Shown: positions 10,775 through 23,689, numbered from the stretch's first letter. The stretch is DNA of 64,000 bases from an uncultured Aeromicrobium sp. (GCA_964599245.1 CAZREF010000010.1:11130-75129); one strand, 5' to 3'. A program made the numbers and translations. Notes: generated from the sequence alone by a model not told the origin.

Positions 10775-12032
10775 GCTGGGAGCGTAGGCGAGAGGCCAGG
10801 GCACGGAGCTCGGCGCGGTCGACCTGGCGGCGGTGGGCGTACCACCCGAGGGCGAGGACGACGCCGACGATCGACAGCGCGCCGCCCCCGACCAGCGTCC
10901 ACCGGGCACCGAACGTCTCGCCGACCCAGCCGATGAACGGCGACCCGAGCGGGGTGCCGCCCATGAAGATCATGAGGTACAACGCCGCGACGCGTCCGCG
11001 CATGACGGGCTCGGTGGTGATCTGGACCGTGGCGTTCGCGGCCGTCATCATCGTGAGCGCGCACAGCCCGAGCAGGGGGAGCACCAGCGCGAACGAGAGG
11101 TAGTCGGGCATGAGGCCGGCCGCGACCTCGACGATGCCGAAGGCGAGCGCGGCGCCCACCACGAAGCGCAGCCGCGGCCGCTCGCGCCGGGCCGCCAGCA
11201 GGGCGCCGGCGAGCGAGCCGATGGCCATGACGGAGCCGAGCAGGCCGTACTCCCCCGCGCCCTTGTCGAAGACCTCGGTGGCCATCAGGGCGCTGGTCAT
11301 CTGGAAGTTCAGGCCGAAGGTGCCCACCGCGAAGACGATCGCGAGGACGAGCACCAGGTCGGGCCGGGAGCGCACGTACCGGACGCCGTCGCGCACCGCG
11401 CCCTTGCGGCTGCCCATGACGGGCGCCGGGCTCAGCCGCTCGGGATCCAGGCGCTGCAGCGAAGCGATCACCGCCAGGTAGCTCACGGCGTTGGCGAGGA
11501 TGACCCATCCGGTGGCCTGCACCCCGGACCCCCCGGCGGCGATGAGGAGGCCGGCAAGGGCGGGCCCGACCATGCGCGCGGAGTTGAACGACGCGGAGTT
11601 GAGCCCGACGGCGTTCGACAGGTCGTCGGGGCCGACCATCTCGACGACGAACGACTGTCGGGCGGGGGCGTCGAACGCCGTGCCGATGCCGAAGACGAAG
11701 GCGAGCAGGTACACGTGCCAGACCTGCGCGGCCCCGGTGACCGCGAGCACGCCCAGGACCGCCGACGGGACCGCCATGGCGACCTGGGTGCACCGGAGCA
11801 CGGTGCGCTTGGGGAACCGGTCGGCCACGACCCCGGCGACCGGGGAGAGCAGGAGCGCCGGGAGGAACTGCAGCCCCGTGGTGATGCCGAGCGCGGTGCC
11901 GCTGCTCGTCAGCTGCAGGACCAGCCAGTCCTGCGCCACGCGCTGCATCCAGGTGCCGACGTTGGAGACGATCGCACCGGCGGCGTAGACGCGGTAGTTG
12001 CGGACGTGGAGGGCGCGGAACGTGGGGCTCAT
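10650..12032 (-). CDS. MFS transporter
   Basis: FRALHVRNYR, SNVGTWMQRVAQDWLV, GVVADRFPKR; many TM segments; C-terminal tail overlaps the SRPBCC gene. Confidence 0.9.
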   Translation of the reverse strand: MSPTFRALHVRNYRVYAAGAIVSNVGTWMQRVAQDWLVLQLTSSGTALGITTGLQFLPALLLSPVAGVVADRFPKRTVLRCTQVAMAVPSAVLGVLAVTGAAQVWHVYLLAFVFGIGTAFDAPARQSFVVEMVGPDDLSNAVGLNSASFNSARMVGPALAGLLIAAGGSGVQATGWVILANAVSYLAVIASLQRLDPERLSPAPVMGSRKGAVRDGVRYVRSRPDLVLVLAIVFAVGTFGLNFQMTSALMATEVFDKGAGEYGLLGSVMAIGSLAGALLAARRERPRLRFVVGAALAFGIVEVAAGLMPDYLSFALVLPLLGLCALTMMTAANATVQITTEPVMRGRVAALYLMIFMGGTPLGSPFIGWVGETFGARWTLVGGGALSIVGVVLALGWYAHRRQVDRAELRALASRLRSQHGRRAHLPPAATGRGGVRLPQRLREHRALGPRDARDEAPVR

Positions 12033-12439
12033 GACTCGGTGATGCGGGTCATGATCGCCGCCGCCTCCCGCAGCAGGGCGCGCTCGCGCGGGTCGAGGTC
12101 GGTGAGCCGCTGGTGCAGCCACGCGTCGCGGCGCCGCCGCTCCTCCGCGAGGATCTTCTCCCCGAGCTCGGAGAGGCTGACGACCACCTGGCGGCCGTCC
12201 TGGGGGTGCGGGGCACGCTCGACGAGGCCGTCCTCGGCGAGGCAGTTGAGGGTGCGGGTCACGCTGGGGGCGCTCACGCGCTCTCGGGCGGCGATCGACG
12301 ACGGCGACGTCGGGCCCAGCTTGCGCAACGTGCCCAGCACGGACATCTGCGTCGGGGTGAGGTCGGAGTGCCGCTCCTGCCGGAGCCTGCGGTTGAGTCG
12401 GGCCACCGCCAGCGCGAGGTTCTGGGAGTCGGTGGGCAT
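12029..12439 (-). CDS. MarR family transcriptional regulator
   Basis: VSAPSVTRTLNCLAEDGLVERAPHPQDGRQVVVSLS winged helix; ATG 6 nt after TACGCT. Confidence 0.92.
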   Translation of the reverse strand: MPTDSQNLALAVARLNRRLRQERHSDLTPTQMSVLGTLRKLGPTSPSSIAARERVSAPSVTRTLNCLAEDGLVERAPHPQDGRQVVVSLSELGEKILAEERRRRDAWLHQRLTDLDPRERALLREAAAIMTRITES

Positions 12440-12455
12440 GTCCTTAGCGTAGGTC

Positions 12456-12470
12456 ATTAACTATGTTAAT
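12456..12470. promoter_or_regulatory. probable MarR operator
   Basis: perfect AT-rich inverted repeat ATTAAC-TAT-GTTAAT just upstream of the marR -10 (12446-12451). Confidence 0.7.
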
Positions 12471-12620
12471 TCAAGTCTGCAACCATCTCCCCCGGCGTCC
12501 TGTGCCGCTGCAGTCCCCCACGGGCCGCTGCTGCGCTGCCACGGCCTGTCGTGGGCGTGATCAACGAAGGGGCCTGGACGGAGCAGGGGTGCTCGGCGCG
12601 ACCGAGCCCGCCGCCCCGCC

Positions 12621-12676
12621 CCATCGGTGTCTCAGCAACCTCAGCAATGCTCCTGCGGTTGCGGATCCACCGATGG
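12621..12676. repeat. dispersed REP-like hairpin element, copy 1
   Basis: CCATCGGTGTCTCAGCAACC-N16-GGTTGCGGATCCACCGATGG; same arm and same 16-nt spacing as at 50205-50254. Confidence 0.75.
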
Positions 12677-12826
12677 AGGGGGAGAGCCGAGCCCGCAGGG
12701 GCGGCCGGTCCGCTGGGAGTCGCCCGGTCGAGGCCTTTCGGGAGCCGACCCCACCACCCGCCGACCCGACGCAGCCGCAGGACCAGCGACCACCGCCGGC
12801 GACGCGGCCGCAGGACCCACCACGCG

Positions 12827-12864
12827 CGACCGCCCGCCGCCTCCGGGGAGGCGACGGGCGGTCG
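12827..12864 (-). terminator. hairpin terminator after sdhB
   Basis: CGACCGCCCG-C-CGCCTCC / GGAGGCG-A-CGGGCGGTCG stem, 12 nt past the stop. Confidence 0.65.
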
Positions 12865-12876
12865 AAGGGTCGTGCG

Positions 12877-13623
<747 letters not shown>

Positions 13624-13639
13624 TTGTTGCAGCTCCTGT

Positions 13640-15603
<1,964 letters not shown>

Positions 15604-15604
<1 letters not shown>

Positions 15605-16320
15605 CAGGAACCAGCTCCGAAGAAGAAGACGGCGAAGGGGACGATGAGGAACCCGCCGGCGATGACCACCGACAGGACCCAGGACGCGATGGTGATGGTG
15701 GAGTCCTTGCGCGTGCTGCTGCGGTTCTGGCCCAGCGTGGTGAGCGCGCTCCAGAAGCCGTGCCACAGGTGGAACCCGACGGCCACGAGACCGATCGTGT
15801 ACAGCAGGACGACCCACCAGATCTCGAAGCCGTTGACGACGCGCTCGTACTTGCTGTCGGAGGCACCGCCGGGGGCGAGCCAGTTCGGCAGCATCTGGGC
15901 GAGGTGGCCGATGATGAACAGCAGCAGGATGACGCCGCCCCAGCGCATCGTGAACGTGGCGTAGGAGCGCTGGATGCCGGTGCGGTTCTGCTTGGAGTGG
16001 TAGCGCTGGCCGCCCGAGTACCCGGCCGAGACCCTGTTGCGCCGCCAGAGCGTGAGCGCGCAGTAGACGTGGGCGACGAGCGAGGCGAGCAGCACGACGC
16101 GCAGGATCCAGAGCGCACCCTCGTGGGGCAGGTACGGGTAGAGGATGTCCTCCAGTCCCTCGAGGTAGGAGTCGAAGTACTCCTGGCCCTGGAAGAACTT
16201 GAGGTTGCCGTACATGTGCACGAGCAGGTACGCGAGCATGATCAGCCCGGACACGGCCATCGTGTACTTGAGGACGACGGTCGACCTGCGCGCCGAGGGG
16301 CGAGTCAGAGTAGTGGCCAC
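15604..16320 (-). CDS. sdhC: succinate dehydrogenase cytochrome b subunit (single membrane anchor)
   Basis: five hydrophobic helices with His ligands (HMYGN, AHV, GHL, HLWHG); first gene of the sdh operon. Confidence 0.9.
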
Positions 16321-16377
16321 GGGCCCACCGTAGTGCGATCTCGGCCAGCGCGCTAAGTCATGATGAGGCCAACCTTC

Positions 16378-16392
16378 ATAGCCGCGGGCTAT
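16378..16392. promoter_or_regulatory. LysR-type recognition box (T-N11-A)
   Basis: ATAGC-CGCGG-GCTAT dyad between the divergent sdhC and lysR genes. Confidence 0.65.
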
Positions 16393-16411
16393 CGCACGGT
16401 AGGCTCGGTCC

Positions 16412-17338
16412 GTGCAGTTCCAGCAGCTGACCTACTTCGTGGCCGTCGCGCGCACCCGCAACTTCACCCGCGCGGCGGCCGACGTCGGTGTCGCGCAGCC
16501 GAGCCTCTCCAAGCAGGTGCGGGTGCTCGAGAACTCCCTCGGCACCCCGCTCTTCGTGCGCCAGGCCGGCGGCATCGAGCTGACGAGCGCCGGCGAGGCG
16601 CTGCTGCCGCACGCCCAGCGGATCCTCCTCGACGTCGAGTCCGCGCAGCGTGCGGTGCACGAGGTCGCGGGACTGCGCCGCGGCCGCGTCCGCCTCGGGG
16701 CCACCCCGTCCATCTGCGACGGCCTGCTGCCGGAGGTGCTCACGCGGTTCCACGGGATGCACCCGCTCATCGAGCTGGAGGTGCAGGAGGGCGGCTCGCG
16801 CGTCCTGACCGACGAGCTGACCCAGGGCCGGCTCGACCTCGCCCTGCTCATCACGCCGCTCCCCGAGGCGCGGCCCGACCTCGAGGAGGTGCCCCTGCGT
16901 CGCGACCGGCTGGTGCTCGCCGCGCCGGCCGACGACCCGTTCCCCGACGAGGTCCCGGTGGCGGCGCTGCAGGACCTCCCGCTCGTCATGTTCCGCGAGG
17001 GCTACGACCTGCGGGAGACGACGCTGCGGGCGTGCGCCGACGCCGGGTTCGAGCCGACGATCTCGGTCGAGGGCGGGGAGATGCTGTCCGTGCTGCGCTT
17101 CGTCGAGGCCGGGCTCGGCTACGCCGTGGTGCCCGAGATGGTGCTCGCGAGCCGACCCGGTCTGCGTCAGGTGGGCCTGCGCGAGCCCGAGCTCTCGCGC
17201 CAGATCTCGCTCGCGCACCGGCGCGACACCCTGCAGCTGGCGGCGCTGGCCTTCCACGACGAGCTGCTGCTCTCCCTGGAGCAGCCCGACCGGCGCCCTA
17301 CCGGGTCCCCGCGTCCGCGCCGCCGAGCGGGAAGGTGA
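16412..17338 (+). CDS. LysR family transcriptional regulator
   Basis: QLTYFVAVARTRNFTRAAADVGVAQPSLSKQVRVLE HTH. Confidence 0.95.
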   Translation: MQFQQLTYFVAVARTRNFTRAAADVGVAQPSLSKQVRVLENSLGTPLFVRQAGGIELTSAGEALLPHAQRILLDVESAQRAVHEVAGLRRGRVRLGATPSICDGLLPEVLTRFHGMHPLIELEVQEGGSRVLTDELTQGRLDLALLITPLPEARPDLEEVPLRRDRLVLAAPADDPFPDEVPVAALQDLPLVMFREGYDLRETTLRACADAGFEPTISVEGGEMLSVLRFVEAGLGYAVVPEMVLASRPGLRQVGLREPELSRQISLAHRRDTLQLAALAFHDELLLSLEQPDRRPTGSPRPRRRAGR

Positions 17339-17855
17339 GGTGCGTCGTCCACCCGGCGTCCGCTCGGTGCAGGTAGAGGGCGACCTCGACGACCCGGAAG
17401 GAGCAGGAGAAGTCCTGCAGCGCGGCGTACGCGTGGTCGAGGGCCGCGTCGTCGAGGTGGTGCGCGACGGTCACGTGGGGGTGGAACGGGAAGACAGGCT
17501 CCGGCGCGCCGAGGGCCGCGCGCAGGTCGGCCGCGAGCAGCTCGGTCTCGGAGATCCCGCGGCTGACCGCCACGAACACCACGGGCGAGACCGGACGGAA
17601 CGTCCCGGTGCCCTGCAGGTCGACCTCGAAGGGCGCTGCGGCCTCCGCCACCCCGGCCAGCCGTGAGGCGACGGCGTCGAGGTCGCCGGCCGGCACCTCG
17701 TCGGGCGGGAGCAGGGTGATGTGGCTCGGGATCTGGGCGGCGAGCGGGTCGCCGAACTCCGCACGTCGCGACCGCAGTCGCTCACCGTGCGGCTCCGGCA
17801 CCGAGATCGCGACGCCGTAGGTCAGCACGGACCCCGGCGCGGTCGGCTCAGGCAC
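17298..17855 (-). CDS. 2'-5' RNA ligase-like 2H phosphoesterase
   Basis: two HxT motifs (SHITL, PHVTVA). Confidence 0.88.
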   Translation of the reverse strand: MPEPTAPGSVLTYGVAISVPEPHGERLRSRRAEFGDPLAAQIPSHITLLPPDEVPAGDLDAVASRLAGVAEAAAPFEVDLQGTGTFRPVSPVVFVAVSRGISETELLAADLRAALGAPEPVFPFHPHVTVAHHLDDAALDHAYAALQDFSCSFRVVEVALYLHRADAGWTTHLTFPLGGADAGTR

Positions 17856-18861
17856 CGCGGACGAGCCCGACCTTGTCGTAGACGTCGGCGACGACCGGCG
17901 CCGCCACCTCGCGGGCGCGCTCCGCGCCGCGGGCGAGCACGCGGTCGAGCTCGGCGGGGTCGTCGAGGTAGGCGCGCGTCCGCTCGCCGAAGCCGGCCAC
18001 CAGGTCGGCCACCCGGTCGGCCAGCGCGACCTTGAGCTGCCCGTACTGCTGGCCCGCGAACTGCTCGACCGCGGCGTCGACCGAGGTGTCCGTGATCGTC
18101 GCGTAGAGACTCAGCAGCCCGGAGATGCCCGGCTTGGTGTCGGGGTCGTACCGGATCTCGTCGCCGGAGTCGGTGACGGCCGAGCGGATCTTCTTGGCGG
18201 CCCGCTTCGGGTCGTCGAGCAGGTCGACGATGCCGTTCGGCGACGAGGCGGACTTGCTCATCTTGGCCGTCGGGTCCTGCAGGTCGGTGATCTTCGCGGT
18301 GCCCTCGAGGATGTAGGCCTCGGGGCGTCGGAAGGTCTCGCCGTAGTGGTGGTTGAAGCGCTGCGCCAGGTGCCGGGACAGCTCGAGGTGCTGACGCTGG
18401 TCCTCGCCGACCGGCACGTGGTGCGGGTTGTACAGGAGGATGTCGGCGGCCTGCAGGATCGGGTAGGTGAACAGGCCGACACTGGCCTTGTCGGCTCCGG
18501 TCTTGGCGCTCTTGTCCTTGAACTGGGTCATGCGGCCGGCCTCGCCGAAGCCGGTGAGGCAGGCGAAGACCCAGGCCAGCTGGGTGTGCTCCGGCACGTG
18601 GCTCTGGCAGAACAGCGCCGAGCGCTCCGGGTCGACGCCGGCCGCCAGCAGCTGCGCCGCCGAGGCGTGCACCCGGGCACGCAGCGCGGCAGGGTCGGGC
18701 TGGACCGTCAGGGCGTGGAGGTCGGCGACGAAGTAGAAGGCGTCGTGGTCGTCCTGCAGCCCCACCCACTGGCGGATCGCCCCGAAGTAGTTCCCGAGGT
18801 GGAACGACTCGGCCGTCGGCTGGATGCCGGACAGCGAGCGGGGGCGGGCGCTGCTGGACAT
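17848..18861 (-). CDS. trpS: tryptophan--tRNA ligase
   Basis: SGIQPT, HLGNY (HIGH), [15 protein letters not shown]. Confidence 0.96.
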   Translation of the reverse strand: MSSSARPRSLSGIQPTAESFHLGNYFGAIRQWVGLQDDHDAFYFVADLHALTVQPDPAALRARVHASAAQLLAAGVDPERSALFCQSHVPEHTQLAWVFACLTGFGEAGRMTQFKDKSAKTGADKASVGLFTYPILQAADILLYNPHHVPVGEDQRQHLELSRHLAQRFNHHYGETFRRPEAYILEGTAKITDLQDPTAKMSKSASSPNGIVDLLDDPKRAAKKIRSAVTDSGDEIRYDPDTKPGISGLLSLYATITDTSVDAAVEQFAGQQYGQLKVALADRVADLVAGFGERTRAYLDDPAELDRVLARGAERAREVAAPVVADVYDKVGLVRGA

Positions 18862-18913
18862 GCTGTGCATTCTGCCAGTGGCACCTCGGGCGTCCGGCCC
18901 TAGGCTCGGCCGG

Positions 18914-20029
18914 GTGAGCGACGTACGCACGTGGCAGGTCCCGGGCCGGGTCAACCTCGTCGGGGAGCACCTCGACTACAACGGCGGACCCTCCGTCCCC
19001 TTCGCGATCGACCGCTTCCTGACGCTCAAGGTGCGCCGTCGCGACGACGACGTCGTCAACGTCTGGAGCACCCTCCCGGACGGTCGGCGCGAGCGCGCCA
19101 CGTTCGCGACCTCCGTGCAGCCGGGCGACGCGGGCCTCGACGGCTGGGCGGCCTACCCGGCCGGCGCCGTGTGGGCGCTCGGCGCGGTCGGGACGCTGCC
19201 CGGCGTCGACCTCGTGCTCGAGTCCGACCTGCCGCTCGGCTCGGGCCTGTCCTCCTCGGCCGCGCTGACGGTGGGGGTGGTGTCCGCCGTCGCCGACGTC
19301 GCCGGCCTCGACGTCCCGACGCTGGAGGTGGCACGGCTCGCCCAGCGCGCCGAGAACGATCTTGTCGGCGCTCCCACCGGGCTCATGGACCAGCTCGCCG
19401 TCGCGTTCGGGAGGGCCGGCGAGGCGGTGGTGACCGACCCGTCGTCCGACGACGACCCGGACCGCGTGCCGTTCGACGTCGCGTCGGCCGGGCTGTCCCT
19501 CCTCGTCATCTCCACGGGGGTCGACCACTCCCACGTGGCCACCGAGGCGGGCGGCGGGTACGCCGAGCGCCGCGAGGAGTGCGAACGGGCGGCGGCGGAG
19601 CTCGGGCTCGACCACCTGGCGCGCGCCGGCCTCGACGCCGTCGTCCGCCTGGAGGACCCGGTGCTGCGACGCCGCACGCAGCACGTCTTCACCGAGACGG
19701 CTCGGGTGAAGGCGGCCCTGCGCCTGCTGGGGGACGCCGACTGGGAGCAGCTCGGCACGGTGCTCACCGCGTCGCACACGAGCCTGCGCGACGACTTCGA
19801 GGTCAGCTGCGCAGAGCTCGACGTCGCGGTCGAGGCCGCGCTCGAGGCCGGCGCCCTCGGCGCACGCATGACGGGCGGCGGCTTCGGCGGGTCGGCCATC
19901 GCGCTCGCGCCCCAGGCCAAGGCCGGCCCGGTCCGCGAGCTCGTGGAGCAGCGCTACGACGCGCTCGGCTGGAAGGCGCCGGAGGTGTTCGCCGTGCGCG
20001 CGGCCGACGGCGCCCGCAGGGTCGGCTGA
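18914..20029 (+). CDS. galK: galactokinase (GHMP kinase)
   Basis: [41 protein letters not shown] 7 nt after TAGGCT. Confidence 0.85.
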   Translation: MSDVRTWQVPGRVNLVGEHLDYNGGPSVPFAIDRFLTLKVRRRDDDVVNVWSTLPDGRRERATFATSVQPGDAGLDGWAAYPAGAVWALGAVGTLPGVDLVLESDLPLGSGLSSSAALTVGVVSAVADVAGLDVPTLEVARLAQRAENDLVGAPTGLMDQLAVAFGRAGEAVVTDPSSDDDPDRVPFDVASAGLSLLVISTGVDHSHVATEAGGGYAERREECERAAAELGLDHLARAGLDAVVRLEDPVLRRRTQHVFTETARVKAALRLLGDADWEQLGTVLTASHTSLRDDFEVSCAELDVAVEAALEAGALGARMTGGGFGGSAIALAPQAKAGPVRELVEQRYDALGWKAPEVFAVRAADGARRVG

Positions 20030-20055
20030 CGTCGAGCCGGTGCCAGACTGGGCGC

Positions 20056-20901
20056 GTGACCGTCCGACGCATCGCGTACCAGGGTGAGCCCGGCGCGAAC
20101 TCCCACATCGTGAGCCAGCAGCACCACCCCGACGCCGAGGCCGTGCCCTGCGCGTCGTTCGAGGACGTGTTCGCGGCCGTCACGAGCGGCGACGCCGACC
20201 TCGCGATGATCCCGATCGACAACTCGATCGCCGGACGGGTGGCCGACATCCACCACTTCCTGCCGACGTCGGGCCTGCACATCGTCGGCGAGCACTTCCT
20301 GCGGATCCAGTTCATGGTGATGGGCGTGCCCGGCACGACCCTCGAGAGCATCCGCACCGTGCACAGCCACGTCCACGCGCTCGGCCAGTGCCGCCGGATC
20401 ATCGGCGAGCACGGCTGGACCCCGCTGGTCTCGGGCGACACGGCCGGCGCCGCCCGGGAGATCGCGGAGGCGCGCGACACCTCCCAGGCCGCCATCGCCC
20501 CTCCCCTGGCCGCCGAGATCTACGGCCTGGACATCCTGGCGCACGACGTCGAGGACGAGGACCACAACACGACCCGCTTCGTCGAGCTGTCGCGCGAGCC
20601 GGTCCGCGCACCCCACGGTGCGGGCCCCGTGGTGACGACCTTCATCTTCAACGTCCGCAACCTCCCCGCCGCGCTCTACAAGGCCCTCGGCGGCTTCGCG
20701 ACCAACGGCGTCAACATGACCAAGCTCGAGAGCTACATGGTGGGCGGCGAGTTCACGGCGACGCAGTTCCTCGCCGAGGTCGACGGCCACCCCGACGACC
20801 CGCCCCTCGCCCGGGCCCTCGAGGAGCTCGGCTTCTTCACGACCGAGACCCGGGTGCTGGGCGTCTACCCGGCGGACCCCTTCCGCGCCGAGCAGCGCTG
20901 A
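20056..20901 (+). CDS. pheA: prephenate dehydratase
   Basis: IAYQGEPGANS, NTTRF, ACT domain with NMTKLES. Confidence 0.93.
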   Translation: MTVRRIAYQGEPGANSHIVSQQHHPDAEAVPCASFEDVFAAVTSGDADLAMIPIDNSIAGRVADIHHFLPTSGLHIVGEHFLRIQFMVMGVPGTTLESIRTVHSHVHALGQCRRIIGEHGWTPLVSGDTAGAAREIAEARDTSQAAIAPPLAAEIYGLDILAHDVEDEDHNTTRFVELSREPVRAPHGAGPVVTTFIFNVRNLPAALYKALGGFATNGVNMTKLESYMVGGEFTATQFLAEVDGHPDDPPLARALEELGFFTTETRVLGVYPADPFRAEQR

Positions 20902-20905
20902 GGTC

Positions 20906-22039
20906 GTGGACGCGCTCCGCTGGCCCCTGTCCGTCCCCGTCCTGAGCGACGGGGTCGTGACGCTGCGCGCCGCGACGCCGGCCGACGTCGAGCCGATGTG
21001 GGAGATGACGCAGGACCCGGAGATGCAGCGCCGCACCGCGGTCCCCGTCCCCAACACCCGCGCGATGAGCGAGGACTTCGCGCTCCGCGTGGGCGCGGAG
21101 GGGTGGGACGCCGGCACGTCGAGGAACTGGGTCGTCGAGGCCGAGGACGACGACGGCCGCGCGCGCTATGCCGGCAACGTCGACCTGCGCGGCGGGCCCG
21201 TGGCCGACATCGGCTTCGCGTTGCACCCGTGGGCGCGTGGTCGAGGCCTGATGGCGCGAGCGGTGCGCCTCGCCGTCGACCACGGCTTCACCGACCTCGG
21301 CATCGAGGCCGTGCACTGGCGCGCCCACGTGGGCAACGAGGCGTCGCTGCGGGTCGCCCACGCCTGCGGGTTCGAGCTGGTCGGCACCGCGCCCGCCCTG
21401 CTGCACGAGCGCGGCCGCGTGCTCGACGCCTGGACGGCGGTGCTGCGCTTCGGCGACCCGCCCGTGCCGGCGACCCCCTGGCTGCAGGCCCCCGAGCTCC
21501 GCGCCGGCGACGTCCGACTGCGTCCGCTGCGGGAGTCGGACGCGCCCCGGGTGGCCGAGGCCTGCTCCGACCCCGTGACGCGACACTGGCTCAACACGCT
21601 GCCGTCGCCGTACACGGAGGCGGTCGGTCAGGCGTTCGTGGCCGACTGCACCTGGCGCGCCGCCACCGGGCAGAAGCTGTCCTGGGCCGTGACCGACGAC
21701 AGCGACCTGCTGCGCGGCTTCCTGACCCTGATGCACCTCGGCGGCCCGAACCCGCGGACCGCCGAGGTCGGCTACTGGACGCACCCGGACTCCCGCGGAC
21801 GCGGGCGCACCGCCGCGGCCGTGCGGCTCGGCGCGCGATGGGCCCTCTCCCCCGAGGGCCCCGGGCTCGACCGGCTCAGCCTGTTGGCCGCCGCCGGCAA
21901 CGTCGCGAGCAACCGCGTGGCCGAGCGGGCGGGCTTCCGGCGGATCGGGGTCGAGCGGCAGGCCGAGATCCTCGGCGACGGGACGGTCGACGACCTGGTC
22001 TCCTACGACCTGCTCGCGACGGACCCCTCGCCGTCGTGA
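20906..22039 (+). CDS. tandem two-domain GNAT (RimJ/RimL-like) acetyltransferase
   Basis: two repeats of IGF/VGYW..P.ARGRG...N.AS.RVA...GF. Confidence 0.88.
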   Translation: MDALRWPLSVPVLSDGVVTLRAATPADVEPMWEMTQDPEMQRRTAVPVPNTRAMSEDFALRVGAEGWDAGTSRNWVVEAEDDDGRARYAGNVDLRGGPVADIGFALHPWARGRGLMARAVRLAVDHGFTDLGIEAVHWRAHVGNEASLRVAHACGFELVGTAPALLHERGRVLDAWTAVLRFGDPPVPATPWLQAPELRAGDVRLRPLRESDAPRVAEACSDPVTRHWLNTLPSPYTEAVGQAFVADCTWRAATGQKLSWAVTDDSDLLRGFLTLMHLGGPNPRTAEVGYWTHPDSRGRGRTAAAVRLGARWALSPEGPGLDRLSLLAAAGNVASNRVAERAGFRRIGVERQAEILGDGTVDDLVSYDLLATDPSPS

Positions 22040-22117
22040 GGACGTCGTCCTGAGAGGTTCGTCTCGCTCCGCCGACCGAGCCTGCTTTCGTCGGCGACGC
22101 GCGGCAGACTTGGTTGC

Positions 22118-23689
22118 GTGAGCCAACCGAAGCACGCCGCAGCACCGCACTCCCACGCCGCCGGGCACGCCTCCGGACCGTCCGACGCGGTGTCCCCGTG
22201 GCCGGCGCTCTGGGCGATGGTCATCGGCTTCTTCATGATCCTCGTCGACAACACCATCGTGTCCGTCGCGACACCCGCGATCATCGAGGACCTGCGCACC
22301 GACTACAACAGCGGCATCTGGGTCACCAGTGCCTACCTGCTCGCCTACGCCGTGCCGCTGCTCGTCACCGGCCGTCTCGGCGACCGCTTCGGCCCGAAGC
22401 GCGTCTACCTCGTGGGTCTCACGATCTTCACGCTGGCCTCCTTGTGGTGCGGGCTCACCGACAGCATCGGCGGGCTGATCGCGGCCCGCGTGGTGCAGGG
22501 GCTCGGCGCCTCCCTGCTCACGCCGCAGACCATGGCCGTGATCACCCGCACCTTCCCGGCGGCCAAGCGCGGCAGCGCCATGGCCCTGTGGGGCGCCACC
22601 GCCGGCGTGGCCACCCTGGTCGGTCCGATCCTCGGCGGCGTCCTCACCGACGCGGCCGGGTGGGAGTGGATCTTCTTCGTCAACGTCCCGGTCGGCGTGG
22701 TCGCGTTCGTGCTCGCCGTCCGCCTCGTGCCGACGCTCGAGACGCACGCCCACAGCTTCGACTGGGTCGGCGTCGCCCTGAGCGCACTCGGCATGTTCCT
22801 CCTGGTGTTCGGCATCCAGGAGGGCGAGCGCTACGACTGGGGCACCGTCACCGGTCCGATCAGCGTGCCGTTGCTCATCGGTGCCGGCGCCGCGGTCCTG
22901 GCGGTCTTCGTGCTCTGGCAGTCGCGGGTACGCACGGAGCCGCTCGTCCCGCTGCGGCTGTTCCGTGACCGGAACTTCTCCGTCGGCAACATCGGCATCG
23001 CCATGGTCTCGCTCGCGATCACGGCGATGAGCCTGCCGTTCATGTTCTACGCCCAGGGTGCCCGGGGCTGGAGCCCGACGGAGTCGGCGCTGTTCATGAC
23101 CCCGATGGCGGTCGTGCTGCTGCTCCTCTCCCCGGTCGTCGGCAAGCTCTCCGACCGCGCACACCCGCGCATCCTCACGCTCGTGGGCTTCGGCACGGCG
23201 GCGGTCGCGATGCGCTGGCTGGCCTCGCTCGTCGACCCGTCCACACCGGCCTGGCAGCTGCTGCTCCCGATGGCGCTCTTCGGTGTCTCCAACGCGTTCC
23301 TCTGGGCGCCGCTCAGCGCCACCGCCACCCGCAACCTGCCGCTCTCGTCGGCCGGGGCAGGCGCCGGCGTCTACAACACCACCCGACAGGTCGCCGCCGC
23401 CCTGGGGAGCGCGGCGGTGGCCGCGCTCATCGGCTCGCGGCTCGCGGCGAACGGCCTGCAGGGAGACGCGTCGTCGTTCCAGGCCGCGTCCGGGTCGGGC
23501 TCGATGCCGCCGCAGGTGGCCGAGGCGTTCTCACGGGCCATGTCGGAGGCGTTCTGGCTCCCGGTGGTCGCGTTCGCCGTCGGCCTCGTGGTGGTGTTGT
23601 TCTTCGAGCGCCCGCACCACCAGGCCCCCGCCCGCGCGCAGGGCACCTCCGCGGCCGCCGACGCGGCCCCGGCCCCGTCACCTGCCTGA
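22118..23689 (+). CDS. DHA2 (EmrB/QacA-like) MFS efflux transporter
   Basis: DNTIVSVA, GRLGDRFGPKR, WEWIFFVNVPVG; 14-TM pattern. Confidence 0.92.
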   Translation: MSQPKHAAAPHSHAAGHASGPSDAVSPWPALWAMVIGFFMILVDNTIVSVATPAIIEDLRTDYNSGIWVTSAYLLAYAVPLLVTGRLGDRFGPKRVYLVGLTIFTLASLWCGLTDSIGGLIAARVVQGLGASLLTPQTMAVITRTFPAAKRGSAMALWGATAGVATLVGPILGGVLTDAAGWEWIFFVNVPVGVVAFVLAVRLVPTLETHAHSFDWVGVALSALGMFLLVFGIQEGERYDWGTVTGPISVPLLIGAGAAVLAVFVLWQSRVRTEPLVPLRLFRDRNFSVGNIGIAMVSLAITAMSLPFMFYAQGARGWSPTESALFMTPMAVVLLLLSPVVGKLSDRAHPRILTLVGFGTAAVAMRWLASLVDPSTPAWQLLLPMALFGVSNAFLWAPLSATATRNLPLSSAGAGAGVYNTTRQVAAALGSAAVAALIGSRLAANGLQGDASSFQAASGSGSMPPQVAEAFSRAMSEAFWLPVVAFAVGLVVVLFFERPHHQAPARAQGTSAAADAAPAPSPA

